DNA of 64,000 nt from Verrucomicrobiota bacterium (lineage in GTDB: Bacteria > Verrucomicrobiota > Verrucomicrobiia > Limisphaerales > UBA11320), in NCBI GenBank assembly GCA_016199985.1, contig JACQFQ010000065.1:39482-103481 (forward strand), given 5' to 3'. Positions 28,912 to 37,800 of the stretch are shown piece after piece (positions within the stretch are counted from its first letter, which is position 1; each line of letters begins with the position of its first letter). The position numbers and the translations under genes are program-made. The notes beneath the pieces were generated by a model. It saw only the letters and a program-made list of their open reading frames with translations, did not search any database and was not told the DNA's origin.

Positions 28912-29141
28912 ATTACCCGTCGCCGATTGGATCATTGCGCGGTGGTTTAACTGATAGCCCGTTGGAAGACCGGCGCGCGTCCGGTTACCGCGGGGAGAGG
29001 GTTTCCAGACATGAACCCCTCGAATCTCATCTAACTTTCCTGGCTTTCGCAGTTCAAAATTGGAATGCGGCTCCAGCCGGTTGGCAGCGAGTTGAATCTC
29101 ACCTAAACGGAGTGAGGTCAGCCGGGCTGCGGGCGAGCAAA

Positions 29142-29396
29142 CTACCTGCGCAGTTTCAACTTCTTGGTGATCGCTGAGTAGCGGCTCGTATCGGTCTTAT
29201 GCAGGTAGTCGAGAAGCCGTCGTCGCTGCCCTACCATCATGAGAAGACCACGGCGGGAGCTGTGGTCTTTCTTGTTCTTTTGCAGATGCTCTGTGAGGCT
29301 GTTGATCCGCTCGGTCAGCAACGCGATCTGGACATCGGCGGATCCCGTGTCCTTCTCGTGGAGCTGGAAGCCCTCAATCATTTTGGATTTTTCCAT
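29142..29396 (-). CDS. rpsO: 30S ribosomal protein S15
   Basis: 84 aa. [50 protein letters not shown] is canonical S15. It sits in the conserved rpsO-pnp arrangement. Confidence 0.95.
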   Translation of the reverse strand: MEKSKMIEGFQLHEKDTGSADVQIALLTERINSLTEHLQKNKKDHSSRRGLLMMVGQRRRLLDYLHKTDTSRYSAITKKLKLRR

Positions 29397-29398
29397 AT

Positions 29399-29433
29399 TT
29401 TCCGCTTCGTTCTTCGATCTGATAAAGCGGAAA
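29399..29433 (-). promoter_or_regulatory. Hairpin abutting the rpsO start codon (candidate S15 translational operator)
   Basis: 8-bp stem 29399-29406 / 29426-29433 (TTTCCGCT / AGCGGAAA) with a 19-nt loop. The 3' arm ends 2 nt before the ATG on the mRNA strand. Confidence 0.3.
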
Positions 29434-29586
29434 CAATAGGGTTACGAGAGTTTGGGTGTAAAGCACTTTTACCGGGCGCGTCAAGCCTGGGAACAAAGGC
29501 CACTCCGCCAAGGAGTCCGGCACATTTTTCCAGCCTCCGCCGCCTGTTCACATCCTCCAAAAGGCGGTTAGAACGCTCCACTCCTG

Positions 29587-31215
29587 CTATGGAAGAATCC
29601 TCACTCGAAAGAACTTCTGAGCATCGAACGGAGTATTCGTGTCGATCGCGAGCCAGGTCGCTTGGGTGAAAGTCCGGCTGGCGACCGGAACCCAAATGGG
29701 CGTCACAGCGTTGGTCGAAGACTCGAGAGTGTAGGTGCGGCCCACGACTCCCGTGATGCTGAGGCCGGCGTAAAGGCGCATACCGACACAAGCATCCGAG
29801 ACCCTCAGGCTCACCGGCGCGCTGGTGACGCTTCCGAACGAGTTGGTGATCCGGACCGAGTAAAGGCCAGCCTGGCCCGATGTCAGGGACCCCAGGCTCA
29901 ACTTCGCGCCCGTTTCTCCGGCCAGAAGATTCGTTCGGTTGAAGTACCAGCTGTAGGTCAGCGGTTGAGCCCCGTCAGCCTGGACCTCGAAAGCCACGCT
30001 CCCTCCAACGCAATTGGCCTGATCCGCCGGCGCGGACGCAATGACAGGAGAGAAGCGATGGTTCAGCCAGTTGCAGGCATCCGGCCCTCCGTAAGCGCCG
30101 ATGTCTGAGATCGGGCCGCCCTTGGAGAAATTGAAACAGACATCCTGGATGTCCGGATCGCCCGCATCGATGCAGGGGGAGGAGTCGGAGAGAAGAAATT
30201 GGCTCGGATTGTTGATCTTCGGGTCGAGCAGAATGTTGTTGAAGGCGTCACAGGGATCGCCGTTGTGGTTTGCCAGGATAGGAATGCCGTAGATTCCGGG
30301 ATAGTAGTTGAAATTGGTTCCGTTGCCGAAAAAGCAATTATACTGCGTGTCCTGTGGCGTCCACGGGTCTGTTACGGCATACCCATTTCGATAGAAGAGG
30401 TTGTTCCGAATCGAAGCTCCGATGTCGCTAAAGTTATTAGGGCTGGAGATCCCTTGCATGCAGAATGCGAACGTGTTGTTGCGGACGGTTACGTGCGACT
30501 TTGGTGACCTCGGGCCTGAGATGACTAAGGCAGGGTTCCCCGCGCTCTTGAAGATGTTCGCGCTGATGACGGCGTCCATACTCGGTTTCAAAAAAACTCC
30601 TTCATACAGAAAGACACCGCATCCGCCAGAACAATTCTCGAACACGCAGTTGCGAACCGATAGTCCCAAAAAAGCGCTTCCAGACTGACTATCAGAACAG
30701 AAGACATTCATTGCCTGATAGCAGTTGAAGAATTCGCAACTGAATACTTCAAGAGTAGATCTATTGTTGCCGCCCTGCACAACAACCCAGAGCGCGTACT
30801 GAGCGTCAGAGAACCGGACGTAATGGAACTTGTGCGAGCGGGTGGATCCGGGTGGGGACTCAATGTTTTGAAGATAAACGCCATTAAACCGGCTTGCACT
30901 GTTGGCTGCCCGAATCGTGATGGGCGCGTCTGGGGCGCCGACGGCATCCATGCCTCCGAAAACAGCGAGTCGAATATCCGGACCGATGATCACCACCACT
31001 CCAGGCTCGATCCGCAGCACTTGGTTTGAAGCGACAGAGGAAGGTCCCACGAGGACATAGGGGCTCTTGTCCGCTGTCCATGTGCCCGAAACCTCGCCCG
31101 AAAGCACGGTGGCCGCTCGAGAGGGAGTGGTCGCTGCCATCGAGAAGCCGAGCACGCCCGCAAGAACCACGCAGTCCATCAGAAAAAGCCTACGGGAGGT
31201 TTGAACGTTCCTCAT
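29587..31215 (-). CDS. Secreted right-handed beta-helix (PbH1-repeat) protein with C-terminal Ig-like domains
   Basis: Signal MRNVQTSRRLFLMDCVVLAGVLGFSMA from ATG 31215 (alternatives: ATG 31236, TTG 31254). PbH1-like repeats VRNCVFENC / VRNNTFAFC / IRNNLFYRN. Ig-like segment PLTYSWYFNRTNL...GLYSVRITNSFGSVTSAPVSLRV. Ends QKFFRVRILP. Confidence 0.75.
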   Translation of the reverse strand: MRNVQTSRRLFLMDCVVLAGVLGFSMAATTPSRAATVLSGEVSGTWTADKSPYVLVGPSSVASNQVLRIEPGVVVIIGPDIRLAVFGGMDAVGAPDAPITIRAANSASRFNGVYLQNIESPPGSTRSHKFHYVRFSDAQYALWVVVQGGNNRSTLEVFSCEFFNCYQAMNVFCSDSQSGSAFLGLSVRNCVFENCSGGCGVFLYEGVFLKPSMDAVISANIFKSAGNPALVISGPRSPKSHVTVRNNTFAFCMQGISSPNNFSDIGASIRNNLFYRNGYAVTDPWTPQDTQYNCFFGNGTNFNYYPGIYGIPILANHNGDPCDAFNNILLDPKINNPSQFLLSDSSPCIDAGDPDIQDVCFNFSKGGPISDIGAYGGPDACNWLNHRFSPVIASAPADQANCVGGSVAFEVQADGAQPLTYSWYFNRTNLLAGETGAKLSLGSLTSGQAGLYSVRITNSFGSVTSAPVSLRVSDACVGMRLYAGLSITGVVGRTYTLESSTNAVTPIWVPVASRTFTQATWLAIDTNTPFDAQKFFRVRILP

Positions 31216-31821
31216 ACAATGTGGTGGAAGTCTCATAGAATAATGCGAGCCCAAGGAACCACTCGCCCCTTCTGAACGGAATTGATTCTCGAAACTTAAC
31301 GAGGTCCGCGCGAAATGCGAGACAAGAGTTCGCGTCCGTCACTCCGAAGGTGTGGACGCGCACTTTTGTAGCGCGCTTTTTGTAGCGCAGGTTGCCCAAC
31401 CTGCATCCCGACCGATCCACTCCCTTCGCGGTTTCGCACTCCAACGCGCTGCCGACTGGGCAGTTGGTGGCAGGGCAGGCTTGGCAGCGCTGCTACTGCG
31501 CCACAACTGAACGTGGCTCGAGTCTCACTGAACACCAATATCGCAACGCGACGTCGTTCCCTGTCCGGGATCCAGACAGGTCTGTCCAGCCCCGAATCCC
31601 GATCGAAGCGATGAACGCGGAGTCACCATCGCAAGTGCCTGTGGGAAGACGCAACCCAGGCTGGCTCAAGTCCTGCATGACTTGACCTGCGGACCGCGAC
31701 CTGGAGCGACATCGACTCGACGACTCGACTCGACTCAAGACCCCGGAGGGTCATTCAGCAACGCGCAGCCACCTGAAGCCGACAAGACAAGAGAATCCAC
31801 ACACACAACATCTTCCAAGAC

Positions 31822-32469
31822 ATGAAACCCGCCCATTTGAAACTCACCGCTTCCCTCATTCTCGCGCTCGCGACTGTCGCGGCGCTTCCGTCTCTCGCGA
31901 ATGGTCCCGGACGCGGAGGCCGCCCCGTGCATGCGCGCACCCCCGTGGTCCACGAACGCGAAGAGGCCCAACAAGCCCGCATCGAGCAAGGCGTCCGATC
32001 CGGCGAGCTGAGCCAGGGGGAGACGAAACAGCTCAGGAGCGAGGAGAAGGGGATTCGCGATGAAGAGAAGGCCGCGCGCGCCGATGGCGTCGTGACACCG
32101 ACGGAGCGCAGGCAACTGCGCCAGGATCTCAACCAGACGAGCAAGGATATATACCAGGACAAGCACAACGCCGAAAAAGGTGTTCCCATGCCGCCGCCGC
32201 TGCCTCCCCCGCCCGGAGCCGGGCCGAGCTGGCGGCAACATGAGCAGAACCATCGCATCGCCCAAGGCGTGCGATCCGGCCAGCTCACGAAGGAGGAAGC
32301 CCAGAGCCTCCGGCAGGGGGAGAAGTCCGTGCGCGCCGAGAGGAAGGAATTTCGATCCGATGGCCAGTTCACGCCGCAGGAGCGCCAGAAGGTGCGCAGC
32401 GACCTGAACGAACAGAGCCAAAAGATCTACCAGGAAAAGCACGACGGAGACACGGCGCCGAAGAAATAG
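31822..32469 (+). CDS. Secreted protein made of two 64-aa LTxxQ/CpxP-like repeats joined by a proline linker
   Basis: Signal MKPAHLKLTASLILALATVAALPSLANG. Repeat 1 is aa 53-116 and repeat 2 is aa 145-208, 34/64 identical by hand alignment (RI.QGVRSG.L....L...EK..R.E.K..R.DG..TP.ER...R.DLN..S..IYQ.KH). Confidence 0.65.
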   Translation: MKPAHLKLTASLILALATVAALPSLANGPGRGGRPVHARTPVVHEREEAQQARIEQGVRSGELSQGETKQLRSEEKGIRDEEKAARADGVVTPTERRQLRQDLNQTSKDIYQDKHNAEKGVPMPPPLPPPPGAGPSWRQHEQNHRIAQGVRSGQLTKEEAQSLRQGEKSVRAERKEFRSDGQFTPQERQKVRSDLNEQSQKIYQEKHDGDTAPKK

Positions 32470-32545
32470 CGGCTTGCGCCGCGACGCCGAACGCGGACTC
32501 ACTTTTTTGGGACGGACGGTGGGATAGGATGGTTAGGATGATGCG

Positions 32546-32573
32546 CGAGGGCGAACCTGAGGGTTCGCCCTCG
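32546..32573 (+). terminator. Putative terminator between convergent genes
   Basis: Perfect 12-bp stem CGAGGGCGAACC / GGTTCGCCCTCG with loop TGAG, followed by TTGCATT. It lies 77 nt after the 31822-32469 stop. Confidence 0.45.
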
Positions 32574-32598
32574 TTGCATTCCGCCCCCAGTGCCGGGC

Positions 32599-34866
32599 TC
32601 AGGGCCGATGCAGACCGTTGATCGTGTGATAAAGATCGCCCCGAAATGCGTGGCCGTCCGCCCCAGTGAGATTGTACGAGATCTTCATCTGCATCACGGG
32701 CTGGATTTCCGGCAGCGCTAAAACCACCGATCGTCGGTCCTCGGATAGCTTGGCCGAAACGATTCTCATCGCGTCATGCCCCTCCTGGCTGGGATCCTTC
32801 ACTGAGTAGTCCTTCGATCCGTAACTCGAAGTGTATCGGTAGTTCCACTGCTCCACCGCGTAGCTGCCCGGATCCTCGGCAATCGACGGATCCAAGGGCT
32901 CTGCAAACTTCAGATGAACTCCATCTTGATGGGATGAAAGCCCAATGGGGTCGTAGAACTTCCCGCCCGCGTAACGAACGCGCTGCAAACATCCATCGCG
33001 AGGACCCGCCGTCTGCCATCCTTGCGACCCCACCACGTAAAGCTGTCCGTCCTCCGATCGAAAACTCCCTCGCATCGAGCCCGAGATGAAACGCGCTTTC
33101 AATGGAAGCACGCCTCCCTGGGGATGACCGTCCACAGAGTCGCGGTACACGAGGTACAAAGCGCAACGACCGAACGAAAGACTCAGCAGCTGTCCGCTCA
33201 ACGGCCCCCAACGCTTGGGATCCATCGGCGACCAGACCTGGCTGCCCGTCGAATTGTCCACGCTGTGGGGAATCCAGCACAGCGGCGGCTCATAACCCAG
33301 GGGTTGATCCGGGGTTGCATGAGGTCCCCCGAATCCATAGTACGCGCCCTCCTTCACCTGCGAGATCTGCGAGGACGGGGTCCAGTTGCCCTGCTGGGGC
33401 GAGACAGTGATGGTTCCATCCGGTCCCACCGACATGCCGTTCGGATTCCGCCACCCCGTCGCGAGGGTCTTGATGGATCGTCCGTCGCCCGCGATCCGGT
33501 GCGCGCCGATGGGATCGACGAAGTAAAAGTTCCCCGCGGCGTCCAGCTCAAGGCTCGTCACGTAGTCGTGGCCGCCCAGCGAGGTGTGGATCAGGTTGCT
33601 AAAATTGTCGTACGCGTCCGCCTCGCCGTTGCCGTCCCGATCTCGCAGACGCGTGATCTGGTCGCGGCCCAGCACATAGATCTCGCCATTTCGGACGCGC
33701 AATCCCAGCGGTTGAAAGAGCCCCGTGGCAAACCGCCGCCAAGTCAGCTGTCCGAGTTTCTCCGCGATGCCTCCCACCACCCACACATCGCCGTGCAACG
33801 TGCATACCGCGGCGTCTCCGTTCGGCAGGAAATCGACGCCCGAGGTGAACATCAGCGCGCGCCACGGATTGTCGTAGGGAACGGTCAGTGTATCGACGAC
33901 GTACGGTTGGTTCCCCGCTCCATTCGATCCCTGGGTCGCGATGGCGGGCCAGAGAACGGCGCCCGGCTCGGTCCAGCGAGCCAGCGACTCCGGCGGAGCG
34001 GTCGACCGCAAGAGAGCGGAGAGCTCCGTGGAGCGCGCCGGGGGACCTGACCAGAGAAGCACCTTGATCCGTTCGATCTTCGCGCTGGGAGGAAATGTGA
34101 GAATAACCCGGCCTCGCTTATCGGCCTCGGGGCTCAACAACGCGGGGCCCAGCGCGCCCGCCCACGCCAGGACGGAGTCCGTGCTCAACGTCGCCTCAAG
34201 CAACGAGCCTTCCGATCGCTCCTGAGCGCTCGAAGCGCCCTTCAATTCCAAAACCTCCAGCCGCAAAGGCGTCGAGTGGGGCGCCAGTTCGAAGTTGCGG
34301 ACGACGACGAGCCAGTCGCCCCGATCCTCAATCCACGGCATCTCCGAGATGGCCGTCCCATCGACCGCGTAGGACACCGCGACGCGGTTGCTATGCAATG
34401 TCAGGCCGCGGTACTCCGCCCTCGCCCCGCCCCACGCATTCGAACGAGCGCTCGTGAAAAGGATCGGTCCAGCGGGCGAAGGCTCCCCGATGATGCCGAA
34501 CCGGGCCGTGGCGAAACGAAGAAAGCCGCCCGTCCACGCCACGCGTAAATTCGGCGCCGCCGTGTCGTAGCCCACCGTGGCTTGTCCGCGATCGCCCACA
34601 CGAATCGAGAGGCCCTTGGCGATCGTCCCATTCGGCGCGGGTAGAATGCTCTCCAGGAACGGGCCCACATCCGTCTTCTGCCAACGGCCATCCTCCCAAT
34701 CCTTCTCGGTCTGCTTCGCGGGCTCAAGCGTCGGCGGCGCGGAGGTCGCGCCTTGCGCGGCCGGGTTTCCTGGGACGGCGCAGTGCGCGACGAACAAGGC
34801 CGCCAGGAGGCGGGCCCGGCGAGAACGCAGTTTCAGGGCGGGACGAAAGGGGCGGAAGAAACTCAT
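32599..34866 (-). CDS. Secreted beta-propeller protein (sugar-dehydrogenase/NHL-like), 755 aa
   Basis: The true start is taken as ATG 34866 (MSFFRPFRPALKLRSRRARLLAALFVAHCAVPG signal), 2 nt after the upstream stop. The track's 111-aa N-terminal extension overlaps the upstream gene. Repetitive G-D/W blade-like segments. No CxxCH motif. Confidence 0.7.
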   Translation of the reverse strand: MSFFRPFRPALKLRSRRARLLAALFVAHCAVPGNPAAQGATSAPPTLEPAKQTEKDWEDGRWQKTDVGPFLESILPAPNGTIAKGLSIRVGDRGQATVGYDTAAPNLRVAWTGGFLRFATARFGIIGEPSPAGPILFTSARSNAWGGARAEYRGLTLHSNRVAVSYAVDGTAISEMPWIEDRGDWLVVVRNFELAPHSTPLRLEVLELKGASSAQERSEGSLLEATLSTDSVLAWAGALGPALLSPEADKRGRVILTFPPSAKIERIKVLLWSGPPARSTELSALLRSTAPPESLARWTEPGAVLWPAIATQGSNGAGNQPYVVDTLTVPYDNPWRALMFTSGVDFLPNGDAAVCTLHGDVWVVGGIAEKLGQLTWRRFATGLFQPLGLRVRNGEIYVLGRDQITRLRDRDGNGEADAYDNFSNLIHTSLGGHDYVTSLELDAAGNFYFVDPIGAHRIAGDGRSIKTLATGWRNPNGMSVGPDGTITVSPQQGNWTPSSQISQVKEGAYYGFGGPHATPDQPLGYEPPLCWIPHSVDNSTGSQVWSPMDPKRWGPLSGQLLSLSFGRCALYLVYRDSVDGHPQGGVLPLKARFISGSMRGSFRSEDGQLYVVGSQGWQTAGPRDGCLQRVRYAGGKFYDPIGLSSHQDGVHLKFAEPLDPSIAEDPGSYAVEQWNYRYTSSYGSKDYSVKDPSQEGHDAMRIVSAKLSEDRRSVVLALPEIQPVMQMKISYNLTGADGHAFRGDLYHTINGLHRP

Positions 34867-34868
34867 GT

Positions 34869-37800
34869 TCAAGGCATGATGAAGGTTCCATCCGACGTCG
34901 ACAGTCGCAGGAACTCGGGAAGCTTTCGCGGGTCGAGACGAATGAGAATCTCGTGCGTGCCGGCCGCGACCTCGGCGCTGACGGATCCATCGGCGGCCAA
35001 AGTCGCGGGCTTGCCTCCAATCCAGACCGACGCTCCCGCGGCGCCCTCCGCGCGAAGGTTGATTTTCCCCGCGACGGGCGCCTGCAGCTGCGTCGCGGCG
35101 TAAACGCCGACGATGCCCACATATTTCTGCACGCTCGCCGCCTGCCGCAGCTCCTCTTGCGGAACGCGGCCATCCACCCAGGACCAGGCGCTGATCCAAC
35201 CTGGCGCGCTCAAGGGAGTCGCCACCATGCGCTCGAGCCCGAACTGCTCATCCTGATGCAGCCCCGGACGAAGCTTCCATCCGCGGGCCACAGAACCCTT
35301 CGAGGCGTCGAAGGGGCCGGGCTTGCCGAGCTCCGACAGAAAACGGAAGAGATCCAGCCGTTCCTGCGCCGCGACGCCATCGATCAGTCCCGCCGGCATG
35401 AGCGATCCGCCATTGCGCCGGTTCGCGACGTTGTTCTTCGCCACCGAAAACTCCCCGCCCTGGGTGTCTCGCAGCACGATCTGCTCTCCGCTCTCGCGGA
35501 CGAGCAGGCCGCTGAGATCCTGGCCGTCCTTCGTCTCGATGAGGGTCGAGTGAAACCCTTCCTTCACCTTCCGGTTGGGGAACCACACCGACTCGATCAG
35601 GTAATCCATCGGAGCGCTCGCGCCAATGCTTGTCAGGTCGGGGCCGACTTTCCCGCCCGCGCCGCCGATGCTGTGGCACTGCACGCAACCGAGTTGGGCG
35701 CGGCGATAGATGGATTCGCCTCGACGCGCGTCGCCCTGCGACGCGGCGGTGGTCGCCATGCTCTTCAGCTCGGCGTCGGAGAGCGTCGCCTCGCCTTCGC
35801 TCAGATCGGCGCCGCGAGTCAGCGCGAGCACCAGGTCGGGTTCGTTGCGGCCGCTCTCACGCGCCGCGCGCAACCCCGCCCTGGCGACCGACGCCGGGAT
35901 GCCGCTCTTCGGAAGCTGGCGCGTCAAGGACGCGGCCGCGCCCTTGATGGAGAGCAGGGATCTCCAAAGGCCCAGCGCGTCAGGCTCGCTTGCGATGGTG
36001 GGAAGCGCCTGCACGGCCTGTCGAATGCCAGCGTCCAGCCGCATCGACGCCAAAGCGGGGATCGCTTGCCGCCGCACAACGAGGCTCGATCCGGGCTCGC
36101 ACAGCGGCGTCAGCAGCCGCTCGGCCGCGGCGCCGCCGATCTCGCGGAGCGTTTCGAAAATCGCGCTGCGCAAGTCCTCTGGTGTCGCGGGATCTCCCGC
36201 GATGCCCGCCAACGGCGCGAGCTTCTCGCCCGGGATCTTCCACGCGCCCGCCAAACGAATCGCGGACTTCCGCACATTCAAGTCGGTGTGAGCGAAAAGA
36301 GAGGACACAGCCGCCAGGTCGCCCTCGGGCCGCGCGTTGCGAAGCCTCGCGGCTTCCGCCAGCGCGGTGAGGGCGCGAGCGGCCGCGGTGGCTGAGAAGC
36401 CTCCGTCCCGAACGCGGCCGTACAAATTGGAAAGCTCCGCGGACAATCCGGATTGCCCCGCAAGCTCGATCCAGTTCCCCGACCCTTCCTTGTCGAAAGG
36501 GCGGCGGGCCAGGATCTGTCCGAGAACAGCGCCTGCCTGGGCCGGCTCGAGCGCTTTCAATCCGTACTCCAACTGTTTCTCGCGCCCTTCGATCTTCCAG
36601 TCTCCCGACTTGATCGCCGCGATCCAAGGTTCGGCCAGATCATTGATCGTCAGCCACACGGCGTAATCCAGGTGCTTGTCGAGAGGCCGGTCCAGCGCGG
36701 ACAGCGCCACCTCAGCGGCGCGCGCGCCGGGAAACCGGGGCAGCGCGCGAAGCGCCTCCAACCGGACGCGCGGATGCTCGTCCGCGACAGCCTTCGCGAG
36801 CAATTCCAACGGGCGCTGCTTCTGGCTTGATGTCAGCTGCTCCGGCTTCAGAAAACGCTCCGTGCGCGAGGACAGATCGTGTCCCGGCGCCGCGAGTCGA
36901 TGCCCCCAGAAGGCGAGCACCCGCACCGCGGCGGCGCGAACTCGTCCATCGCTGGCCTGCAGCAGCCTCTCCAGGAGCGGCGTGTTCACCACATCCAGGC
37001 TCTGATGCAGCCAGAGCGCTTCAAGCTGCGCCCGCTCATCGGACGCGTTGGCCATCCATTTCTTCAGCGACGGGGTCACCTCCGTCGCGCCGCGTTCGGC
37101 CAGCACACGCCGGGCTTTCTCACGATGAAACCCCGACGCTCCCGTCAGCATCGCCAGCAATTCCGGAGTCCGCGCTTTCGCGAGGTCCGTCTTCGCGATG
37201 GGCCTATGGTCCTTGTGCGTCACCCGCCAGATCCGTCCGTGCTCCTTGTCGCGCCGAGGATCGCGGAAGTCGACTTCTCCGTGCTGGATGATCGGATTCG
37301 ACCAGTCCGCGATGTAGAGCGCGCCGTCGGGCCCGAGCTTCACGTCGATCGGACGAAAGGTCGCATCCTGGCTTCGAACCAGGTCGGGCATCTCTTGCGT
37401 CACGTAGGCCGACCCTTGTTCGCGGATCGCGAATCGCACGACCCGGTGAGCGCGGAAATCGCACGTGATCATGCTGCCCTGCCAGTCGTCCGGAAACGCG
37501 GGGCTGTGGAGAATCTCAAGGCCGCAGAACTTGGGATACGAGCCCGGGCTGACGCTGCCGAGAATCCGCCGGGCGCCGGCGTACGTAAAATACATGGCTT
37601 GCGGCACGACATAGTTGATCCCTTCGCCGCCGGCTCCGTCGGTCGCAAAGGACTGGCCGTAGAGATCCATTTGATGCCCCCAGCTGTTCACCAGGCCTTT
37701 CATATGAACACCGAGCTCCAGCGTGGACGGCCGCAGGTTCAGGATGCCCCCGCTGTTCAGTCGCTGCACCCCGCTAGGCGTTTCCGCGTGGGTGTGAATA

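Noticed and set aside
34867-35199. 111-aa N-terminal extension of track ORF 32599-35199; likewise 39591-39746 for ORF 34869-39746, 46581-46727 for the MlaD ORF, 52777-52902 for the peroxidase ORF, and 55536-55748 for the porin ORF
   Set aside because: The extensions overlap upstream genes or spacers and lack signal-peptide logic. In each case an internal ATG yields a canonical signal peptide or anchor.
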